From IMG/VR virus record IMGVR_UViG_3300032167_002916: a stretch of 64,000 bases of DNA. One strand, 5' to 3'. The first letter of the stretch is position 1. Each line of letters opens with the position of its first letter. A model generated the notes under the pieces. That model was not told the origin of the DNA. It did no database searches and saw only the letters and a program-made list of their open reading frames with translations. This DNA is from a virus (lineage: Duplodnaviria > Heunggongvirae > Uroviricota > Caudoviricetes). A program made the translations under genes and the position numbers. This document shows, piece after piece, positions 31,287 through 38,815 of this stretch.

Positions 31287-33069
31287 ACGGGCTACTCACC
31301 GTCCTTCTTCTGTAATTTGGTGCTTTAATCGTAAAGATATTGTCGGTATTTCGGTTGTAGTTCTGACGTCCAAGCTTATTCTCCAATTGTGTTGCAACAT
31401 AGTAGTTGTAGCTCAAGCTAGAGTATCTATCTTTGCGCATTCCAGAACGTTCGAAAATCCTCACTTTGCCGGCGGACTCTTCATACTGTAACTTAGTCAA
31501 TTCATTGATTAAAAGCGTAGTATGTGTATAAGGCAATAGCACTTTTTCTTTCTCGCCGTCGGACAACGAATTAAAGCCTTTAATATCTCCAAATAATTTT
31601 TTGGCATCATATTCCGTGATAAGCAGTCTAATTCTGCCACTACGGAAAGCCTCGCGAAGCAAAAATGCACAGTCGGAGTTGAACTGAGCACTTGCCTTTA
31701 TTGCCCAAATAACTTTGTCAGCACTCGGCACCGTACAACGAGCAGCCATTTCTGGATTGTTGTAACAAGACAAAGCGGGGTATATCTCTCCGGTATCAGG
31801 ATCGACCATATCTCTTGCGAGGCAGTCATATACGCCTAATCCCAAACCGTTAGCGTCAAGCACTAAGTAATCACATGAAAACTCATCATATAGCTTACGT
31901 ATGACAAGCGCTTGATCGTCAGTACGGAGACCTTCGCATACATCGCAATAAACAATATTGCTGACATACCGACCAGCCTTCGTAGGAACCATCTGGTTAA
32001 TGAAAATAGCAGTTGCGTCATTGTTATGGCGCTTGCTGGACATCAATGCAATATCGGCAGATAGTATTCGTTTCTCACCGTTTTGCTTTTTGGGAATCGT
32101 TATTTTCTGGTTGTATCCAAGGGCGGCTGCACGGTGATCTGGCATCATCGGATATTTGATATGCCTATTTTTCGAGATCGAATTATAGTCAAAGAAAGCC
32201 CCTTCTTCATCACCGAACCATAATGCTTCCATTTCCATTGACCACTTGATTTCATTGAAATCACTTTCAAGCATGTCACCTTCAACGTCTTCTGCAAATA
32301 ACAGACCCTCTTGGATGGACAGCTCATATGGGAAACCACACATGAAATCAGTGCCATTGCCCTTTAACATAGCGTCCCATGTATCCATCATCTTGTTGAA
32401 TGACCAATGATCCTTGAAATACGCAGATGAGAGGAAGCAAGACTTATTTGGCTCTTTGGCATATTCAGCCTTACGCTCTTCTTCTGTAAGTTCTAAATAG
32501 GGAGGCATACGTCTGCTTGTAAGGAACTTCTTTAGAACGGTATCAATGGTGTCTTTGTTAACCATGCGGAACTCATCCACAATCAAAATGTTCGCACGAT
32601 TACTTCTCGCATTATCCGATGCGGTAACAACCTTTATGTAGCTTGAATTCTTGAACATAACTTTTGCATCTTGTCCAGAGAACTTGCTCTTTGTCATATC
32701 AATTTCATTACGTAAATTTGCAGACCTTGGCATAAGGTCGGTCTGAATCTTCTCCAAGACGTTTATACTCTGTCCTCGTGTGCCGGATGTAATAACGACC
32801 TTTGTTCCTGGATACAGAATGCATCTGCAGACTGCAAATATTGCGATAAGAAATGATTTGCCCATACCACGTGCTGCAATCCATAGGAACACTCTGCATC
32901 GATTCATCATGACAAGAAGAATTGTCTGGAACCACTTCAAGAAAGAAAAGTCAAGATATTCAACAACAAAGACATCAATATTCTCTCTATAATAGCTACC
33001 CCAGATTGCCATTCCTTCGATCACGCGGTCACGACGACTTTTAGTCAATGTGTTACTCATCGTCATCAC
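31255..33069 (-). CDS. terL: Terminase large subunit
   Basis: Walker A motif WIAARGMGKSF and Walker B motif ILIVDEF; about 600 aa; positioned before the portal gene. Confidence 0.85.
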   Translation of the reverse strand: MMTMSNTLTKSRRDRVIEGMAIWGSYYRENIDVFVVEYLDFSFLKWFQTILLVMMNRCRVFLWIAARGMGKSFLIAIFAVCRCILYPGTKVVITSGTRGQSINVLEKIQTDLMPRSANLRNEIDMTKSKFSGQDAKVMFKNSSYIKVVTASDNARSNRANILIVDEFRMVNKDTIDTVLKKFLTSRRMPPYLELTEEERKAEYAKEPNKSCFLSSAYFKDHWSFNKMMDTWDAMLKGNGTDFMCGFPYELSIQEGLLFAEDVEGDMLESDFNEIKWSMEMEALWFGDEEGAFFDYNSISKNRHIKYPMMPDHRAAALGYNQKITIPKKQNGEKRILSADIALMSSKRHNNDATAIFINQMVPTKAGRYVSNIVYCDVCEGLRTDDQALVIRKLYDEFSCDYLVLDANGLGLGVYDCLARDMVDPDTGEIYPALSCYNNPEMAARCTVPSADKVIWAIKASAQFNSDCAFLLREAFRSGRIRLLITEYDAKKLFGDIKGFNSLSDGEKEKVLLPYTHTTLLINELTKLQYEESAGKVRIFERSGMRKDRYSSLSYNYYVATQLENKLGRQNYNRNTDNIFTIKAPNYRRRTVSSPYGKSTKPSWY

Positions 33070-34054
33070 CCAACATGACTTCTAGTACTGTCTCATCGTC
33101 CTCATCGTCCAGATCTGGGCGCTCGACACGATAGCGTGCCATGGCATCTTCGTACATCTTGGAATAACGATTCTTAATGCCTGCCATTCTGCAGGCGTGA
33201 CCAAGATACCATGTAGTGATGTTCCTAATTACGCCATTAACATCCTTTTTCTCTTTGGGTGTTGCAGGAAGGGGGCGATAGTTCTCCCACTTTTGAATTC
33301 CGACGCCGAGCGGCATTTTTTCTAGTTCGGTATCTGCTTCTTCCTTTTTCTGTGTGGGTCTTAAGTTAGCACTACCAAGGACTGTATTAAGAGAATTGAC
33401 ATATTTGTCAATTGGCTTACCCTCCATACGGGCTTTGTTTATATCGATTTCAAGGCTACAAATCTGGCGAATTAAAGCTTCAGTACCAATGTCCAACTCT
33501 GTACCATCAGGGTACCGAGACATCCAATACGCTCTTCTCTTCTCCAATTCCATATACATCGACGGGGTGTATCCGGGACCCCAGAAGATGGTCACCTCGT
33601 CTGGAACTTCGACAACCTCTTCGATAGGAGCCTGTTCATCCTGTGCATTTTGTTCGACAGGAGCGTTATACAAAGAAGGTATAACCCACAGAACACCCTC
33701 TTCTCGTAGGGTATCGTCATATGATTTGCCCGCCTGCTTAATTGCGTTAATTTTCGCAATGTATCCGGTCATAATTGATCTGGTCGCACTTTTTTTATCA
33801 ACAGATTCAAATATCTTTTCGTTCCAATACAGGTCTAACTTTCTGCACATTTGGCGTACTGCTACTTTAGAATCTTTGCATTCTGCCAAATAAGTCGCAT
33901 ACATTTCATCTACACATTCTCTGCAATACGCTAGATATCCCGTTCCCTTGTATAAGAAACTGTAACTAACAGGGAAGTACCCTTTCAATCGGCCATATGC
34001 ACGTCCACACTTTCTGCAAACAGAACTGGATGCATTTACTTCCAATGAAGCCAT
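33053..34054 (-). CDS. Terminase small subunit candidate with an N-terminal zinc finger (333 aa)
   Basis: Overlaps the terL start; N-terminal CRKCG...CREC motif. Confidence 0.45.
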   Translation of the reverse strand: MASLEVNASSSVCRKCGRAYGRLKGYFPVSYSFLYKGTGYLAYCRECVDEMYATYLAECKDSKVAVRQMCRKLDLYWNEKIFESVDKKSATRSIMTGYIAKINAIKQAGKSYDDTLREEGVLWVIPSLYNAPVEQNAQDEQAPIEEVVEVPDEVTIFWGPGYTPSMYMELEKRRAYWMSRYPDGTELDIGTEALIRQICSLEIDINKARMEGKPIDKYVNSLNTVLGSANLRPTQKKEEADTELEKMPLGVGIQKWENYRPLPATPKEKKDVNGVIRNITTWYLGHACRMAGIKNRYSKMYEDAMARYRVERPDLDDEDDETVLEVMLGDDDE

Positions 34055-34515
34055 CAGACATCACCGCTTTCTGAATCATCCATCGGTGGCGGGAGGATGT
34101 CTTGTTCTGCTTCTTTTAGAGATAGCTCATACAGGCGTGCTGCCATGCGCAGAGTTTTGCCATAAGAAAACTTTGGAATATATCTAGCCTCTACTTCACA
34201 TGGCTCTCCGTAATACGGATCTATAGTAGTTCTAGCTGCTCGATAATGCAGACCAAGACAACCGTAGCCATGGATATTGATCTCTTCACCATTTTTGAGT
34301 GCATCCTCAATTACAGCTAGACAGGCATCAATAATGTTCGTAGTATCTTCAATCGTATAAATAACAGATTTGTTTTTCTGCTTGACAATAAAGTCAGCAT
34401 TATTGCCGTCATTATCAGAGATATGAAATACATGCTTATTTGCAGAAATGGGCTTTCGGGTATCATTTTCTCTGAGAACTTCGGTAACTCTAGTTGCGAA
34501 TTCCTTTTTATTCAT
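34054..34515 (-). CDS. HU/IHF-like (DNABII) DNA-binding protein with an insertion
   Basis: MNKKEFATRVTEVL N-terminus and a C-terminal IHGYGCLGLHYRAARTTIDPYYGEPCEVEARYIPKFSYGKTL beta-arm pattern. Confidence 0.55.
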   Translation of the reverse strand: MNKKEFATRVTEVLRENDTRKPISANKHVFHISDNDGNNADFIVKQKNKSVIYTIEDTTNIIDACLAVIEDALKNGEEINIHGYGCLGLHYRAARTTIDPYYGEPCEVEARYIPKFSYGKTLRMAARLYELSLKEAEQDILPPPMDDSESGDV

Positions 34516-34542
34516 ATATTCTCCTCTCATTCAATGCAGACA

Positions 34543-35571
34543 TTACATATCTGCAAGTCCTTTCTTTTCAGGTACGGCGATGTCTCCATTCGCAAAATAC
34601 ATACCAATCTGTTCGTCGGTATCAATATCCGTATAGAGCCGCACCATATCACTGGACTCCCAGGCAACGATACTTTGGATAACACCGTCTGGTATACCTG
34701 CTCTCGCGAGACTTGTAGTAAAGTAATGTCGCAAACTGTGAGTATAGAAATCTTTTCCGGTCAATCTAGAAAAAGTCTTTGCCCAACTATTAACCGTAGG
34801 AATTCCGATATGCTCTTCTGGGTCTGAATTAGAGGGAAATAACCATTCACTCGTAATGCCTAGTTCTTCTCGCTGCTTACACCACAAATCAAAATACGGT
34901 CTAAACTTTTTAGCTAATGTGTAGCACGGTATATACTTTCCGCCGCCCCGACCCTTTGTCTTGATTGGAGAACTCTTATATAGAGCTCCATCGCAAACGA
35001 GCTTATCCTCAGAAAAATCAGAGACCTTAAATCTGCATAGCTCAGACTTACGGCGTCCACTATACATTGCGAGAGCAAGGAAGCACGCTTTTTCGTAATG
35101 CTTCATGTCCACTAATATGGCGAGTAAATCTTCAAGTTCTTCGTCTTCCCACACCGTTTTCTCGCGGACAACTTGTAGTGTGGGGTTCTCTATTTTTCTT
35201 ACGATAGAACGGAATCCTTTGAACTCAGGTTCTTCGTCTAAAATAGCTTCAACAAAATTACTTAGCGAGGAAATAGCAGACTTAAGTCTACGCACACGTG
35301 AAGAGCTATTTTGGTTCTCGTTTAGAAGCCAATTCTGATATGCAACCAAATCTCTTTTGGTAATTTCCACGAATGGCTTATTGCGAGCATTATGCAATAC
35401 CCACACAAAGAAGATATCAAGATCATTGCTATATCCAGAAATTGTTCCTGGACTTCTCTGGATCGATTTCAAATAATCCAGAAAATCGTTTTTTAACCTG
35501 ATATTTTCTGGGTTTATCTGTGCAACAAGCTCGGGGCTTGTAATCGAATTCATTTTTGTTTTTCGTGACAT
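34543..35571 (-). CDS. int: Tyrosine integrase
   Basis: Arg box GRRKSELCRFKVSDF, HSLRHYFTT (HxxR) and a C-terminal LY motif. Start trimmed to MSRKTK so that it does not overlap tRNA-Asn. Confidence 0.75.
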   Translation of the reverse strand: MSRKTKMNSITSPELVAQINPENIRLKNDFLDYLKSIQRSPGTISGYSNDLDIFFVWVLHNARNKPFVEITKRDLVAYQNWLLNENQNSSSRVRRLKSAISSLSNFVEAILDEEPEFKGFRSIVRKIENPTLQVVREKTVWEDEELEDLLAILVDMKHYEKACFLALAMYSGRRKSELCRFKVSDFSEDKLVCDGALYKSSPIKTKGRGGGKYIPCYTLAKKFRPYFDLWCKQREELGITSEWLFPSNSDPEEHIGIPTVNSWAKTFSRLTGKDFYTHSLRHYFTTSLARAGIPDGVIQSIVAWESSDMVRLYTDIDTDEQIGMYFANGDIAVPEKKGLADM

Positions 35572-35598
35572 ACAAGCCACCTCCTTCGTTATTTTTTT

Positions 35599-35675
35599 TG
35601 GCGATTCCTCCTGGGTTCGAACCAAGGACACATGGGTTAACAGCCCATTGCTCTTCCTGCTGAGCTAAGGAACCG
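35599..35675 (-). tRNA. tRNA-Asn(GTT)
   Basis: Hand-folded cloverleaf: T-loop GGTTCGAACC, anticodon loop CTGTTAA, encoded CCA. Confidence 0.85.
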
Positions 35676-35679
35676 TATC

Positions 35680-35760
35680 AGGAATAGGTAATACTTCTAA
35701 TCAGTTTGTTTGGACACTGCCCCTTCGGGAACTGTAAGTTCTCTAACCAAACCTATTCCT
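35680..35760. other. 81-nt element with a perfect 10-bp outer stem (AGGAATAGGT/ACCTATTCCT), an inner GTTTGG/CCAAAC stem and a CUUCGG tetraloop; located between two tRNAs
   Basis: Inverted repeats read directly from the sequence; no tRNA T-loop consensus. Confidence 0.4.
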
Positions 35761-35761
35761 T

Positions 35762-35838
35762 TGGCGACTCCGAACGGACTCGAACCGTCGACCTCCAGCG
35801 TGACAGGCTGGCGTTCTGCGCTACTGAACTACGGAGCC
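35762..35838 (-). tRNA. tRNA-Asp(GTC)
   Basis: Cloverleaf with anticodon loop CTGTCAC, T-loop GGTTCGAGTCC, encoded CCA. Confidence 0.85.
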
Positions 35839-35885
35839 AAATAATAAAGCCGGGGTGCCGTAGCACACCCGACTATGATCTGATA

Positions 35886-36080
35886 TTATTCTTCTTCACC
35901 TTCAGGCAATACCAATGCAGCGATCAAGTAGGCAAACCCGCCGACGCCAAAACACAGAATGCTGATAGCTAGAATCAGTCTGATGACAGTTGGATCGCAA
36001 TTTAGATACTCTGCAAGTCCACCACAAACACCGAAAATCTTCTTGTCCTTACAACTTTTAGTTAAACGTTTCTTTTCCAT
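35886..36080 (-). CDS. PspC-domain small membrane protein (64 aa)
   Basis: FGVCGGLAEYLNCDPTVIRLILAI signature followed by a transmembrane helix. Confidence 0.5.
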   Translation of the reverse strand: MEKKRLTKSCKDKKIFGVCGGLAEYLNCDPTVIRLILAISILCFGVGGFAYLIAALVLPEGEEE

Positions 36081-36103
36081 ATTGCGTCCTCCTTATGAAA
36101 ATT

Positions 36104-36183
36104 ATGGTAGCGAGATGTGGGAGTCGAACCCACTCCTCAGGGCTTATGAGGCCCGCGACTTAACCGCTTGTCCTATCCGCCAT
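36104..36183 (-). tRNA. tRNA-Met/Ile2-like (CAT anticodon) with imperfect acceptor pairing
   Basis: T-arm GTGGG-TTCGACT-CCCAC and anticodon loop CTCATAA are clear; the acceptor and D stems pair poorly by hand-folding. Confidence 0.5.
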
Positions 36184-36185
36184 AT

Positions 36186-36260
36186 TGGTGGGAAGGGTTG
36201 GTATCGATCCAACCTTTCTGGATTTTCAGTCCAGCACACATCCATCTATGTCACCTTCCC
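36186..36260 (-). tRNA. tRNA-Phe(GAA)
   Basis: Acceptor GGGAAGG/CCTTCCC, anticodon loop CTGAAAA, encoded CCA. Confidence 0.85.
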
Positions 36261-36265
36261 AAATG

Positions 36266-36341
36266 TGGTGATGCCGACAGGATTCGAACCTGCGCATATA
36301 AGGATGAAAACCTTATGTCTTAACCACTTGACGACGGCACC
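36266..36341 (-). tRNA. tRNA-Glu(TTC)
   Basis: Anticodon stem TAAGG/CCTTA with loop TTTTCAT; T-loop GGTTCGAATCC; encoded CCA. Confidence 0.8.
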
Positions 36342-36343
36342 GT

Positions 36344-36428
36344 TGGTGGGTCAGGTTGGACTCGAACCAACGTAGGTAAAACCGGTGGATTTACAGTCCA
36401 CTGCCATTGCCACTAGGCGACTGACCCA
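36344..36428 (-). tRNA. tRNA-Tyr(GTA), type II with a long variable arm
   Basis: Anticodon loop CTGTAAA; long variable arm; T-loop GGTTCGAGTCC; encoded CCA. Confidence 0.85.
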
Positions 36429-36491
36429 TATAGGTGCACCGCCCATATCTCAGGGCAGTGCAAATTGTTTAATTAGCAAGACGATAAAAAA

Positions 36492-37721
36492 TTAAAATGT
36501 ATCACATTTCAGGCGATACTCAGCATCAACACCATACTTCGGATCAACAATAAGTAATAGCTGTTCGGGGTGAGAGTATAGACGTTTATCATTTGCGTAA
36601 TCATCAGCCCCACATAAAGAACCACATATTGTCGCAGTCACACCGAGTTCGTTGAAGCTTTCACGATGATGCTTGTCACCGAGTAAAATGTACTCAATGT
36701 TCTTCCCGTATTTCTTCTGGAAGACTGTAGTTAATAGTCTCGGAGAAGTCTTTACGGTATCAAGATCGCCATGGCTTGCACAAATATCATGTCCACAAGC
36801 ATCGATGAACAAGAACTCATTTTCGCTCTCAGGCATGACAGTAATGTTATCATACATCTGGAATCTCTGCTCAAGCCACCATGGAACGATTCTCTCCATA
36901 TTATCTCTATGTAAGCTGTCGTTCTTATTCTGGACAGTCCTGGAATGGTTGCCGTAAGTCACGTAGACCTTAGTCTCAGAAACATATTGTCCTAACTTAA
37001 GAATTGCTTGCGCCAGTATTTCGGAGACTTGCATCAGCTGATCGCATACTAATTCATCGGATGCTACTCTGGCACCAACGTGAATTGCCCCATGGCAAAC
37101 ATCACCAAGCACAACGACATGCAGCTTATTACATCTATGTAATCTTATTCTTTCGATCGCCGCATCTACAACCGTAGCGACTCTCTTTTTACAGATGTCG
37201 GTATTATACTCATTGAATACATTATTTGTCTTCATTCCATAATGCCAGTCGCTGAACACAAGTACCGCCTCGTTATCATTGGAGTATGCCAAATCGAAAT
37301 AATTGTCGCTGAACATAACCCCAACTGTCTCCACGAGATTGCCGGCTGCCTCTGCGAGCATATCATAAACATGCTCTCTTCGACCATCTGAGTATACCAA
37401 CTTATGATACTCTCTGCGCTGATCCCAAAACTTCTGCTGCTCTCTTTTTAGTACAGCGGTCTTTTCTTCTATCTCACGAATTACAGCATTGTCACTAATG
37501 CCTCGAATCTGCTCCTGGTCAAGTAACTCAAGTGTACGTCTACTGCCGTACATCATTCTTCTAGCAACATCGCTTGAATATGACTGACCGTATACAAGTT
37601 CGGCCAACTCGGAGTAGTCGCAATCTGCAAGAGTTTTGTCAGTGAGCTTGCCATGAATCAAACGCTTGTGATAGTCAAACGCTGATTCGTTCTCTGCTCT
37701 CTGCAGATCCATCTGACTCAT
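36492..37721 (-). CDS. Calcineurin-like metallophosphoesterase (409 aa)
   Basis: Motifs LGDVCHG (GDxHG), GNHS (GNH) and GHDICASHGD / GDKHH. Confidence 0.65.
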   Translation of the reverse strand: MSQMDLQRAENESAFDYHKRLIHGKLTDKTLADCDYSELAELVYGQSYSSDVARRMMYGSRRTLELLDQEQIRGISDNAVIREIEEKTAVLKREQQKFWDQRREYHKLVYSDGRREHVYDMLAEAAGNLVETVGVMFSDNYFDLAYSNDNEAVLVFSDWHYGMKTNNVFNEYNTDICKKRVATVVDAAIERIRLHRCNKLHVVVLGDVCHGAIHVGARVASDELVCDQLMQVSEILAQAILKLGQYVSETKVYVTYGNHSRTVQNKNDSLHRDNMERIVPWWLEQRFQMYDNITVMPESENEFLFIDACGHDICASHGDLDTVKTSPRLLTTVFQKKYGKNIEYILLGDKHHRESFNELGVTATICGSLCGADDYANDKRLYSHPEQLLLIVDPKYGVDAEYRLKCDTF

Positions 37722-37927
37722 TTTCTAACCTCAATGACGCCTGCATTTCGCATGGTGTTCAGCAGCTTCATTACTTTTGGGCTCTCAGTGCAGAAATAAT
37801 GCTTTCGCTTAGAGTCCTGCCGCATAGTGCGAACAATATGGGTATTGGGGTACTTAGCTAAAATAGCGTCCTTCTCGGATCTGGAAATTGCAATCATATG
37901 TATATCATCCTTTACTTCAAATTTCAA
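37718..37927 (-). CDS. Hypothetical small protein (69 aa)
   Basis: Start overlaps the downstream gene by 4 nt, indicating operon coupling. Confidence 0.35.
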   Translation of the reverse strand: MKFEVKDDIHMIAISRSEKDAILAKYPNTHIVRTMRQDSKRKHYFCTESPKVMKLLNTMRNAGVIEVRK

Positions 37928-38044
37928 AATTGCAAAAAGTGATTATCTCTTTCATAATAAGGGCTGGTGCACGCCCCCGGGGAGCCATTGCGGTGCAACG
38001 TCTCTTGGGGTGTCATTTTTGCACCATTTTTTTAATTTTATGCA

Positions 38045-38815
38045 TTATATTGCAGCCGAAATATCGCGATTCATAACTGAATTCACCTTATTCTTGACAC
38101 GTATTTCTGTTGCACAACAGTTGCAGTATTTTTGCTTTCTGCCAACGCCAGGGTTATTTCTCTTTGTAGTGATGCCACAATGAGAGCAAACAAAATAAGG
38201 TTCTCCGTATTGCTTCATATATTGATATCCAATATTGCGGAAGTCGATGATATTCATCACCGGTTCATCGGTATCAGCAAATAACACACGAACACTCAGG
38301 TTATCAATTTGTTTGGAAAACTGGATAAGGCCATTATCTCTCAACTGTCTGAAAAGCGCACACTGCCGATGCACAGAGGCACTTATATTAGCCATACGAA
38401 GAATTTCGTTATCCGGTGTGTTTACCCAGTAATTGGTATTTGGGTCAACTGCATAATTGTATTTTGCTATGCATAGCAGGGTGAAGGCAAGCCTCCGTGC
38501 CTGCTTACCTTCTATCTTTTCAATTCTGCGCAACTCATTTCCGGTAATGGAAATGCTGTCAATAATAACGAGCGGACGCTTAAACGCTACTTTAATAATA
38601 CCGTCCAACGGCTCTGACCATTTATGTATTGGAAATGACGGATCGCAGCTTAAAATAAATGCCTCCACATTATTCCTGACTTCTTTCTTTGAGAGTCCTT
38701 TATGAGCGTAATACTTTGAAACCATCATAATAGTTTCATATGGCTTCTTGCCAAGCATCTTTTCACGGATTGCATTCTCTGCCCACACGAGCTCATTCAA
38801 AACAATACTCATCAT
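38045..38815 (-). CDS. Hypothetical replication-module protein with a C-terminal Cys4 zinc finger (256 aa)
   Basis: CSHCG...CNCC motif; overlaps the stop of the 888-aa gene. Confidence 0.4.
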   Translation of the reverse strand: MMSIVLNELVWAENAIREKMLGKKPYETIMMVSKYYAHKGLSKKEVRNNVEAFILSCDPSFPIHKWSEPLDGIIKVAFKRPLVIIDSISITGNELRRIEKIEGKQARRLAFTLLCIAKYNYAVDPNTNYWVNTPDNEILRMANISASVHRQCALFRQLRDNGLIQFSKQIDNLSVRVLFADTDEPVMNIIDFRNIGYQYMKQYGEPYFVCSHCGITTKRNNPGVGRKQKYCNCCATEIRVKNKVNSVMNRDISAAI

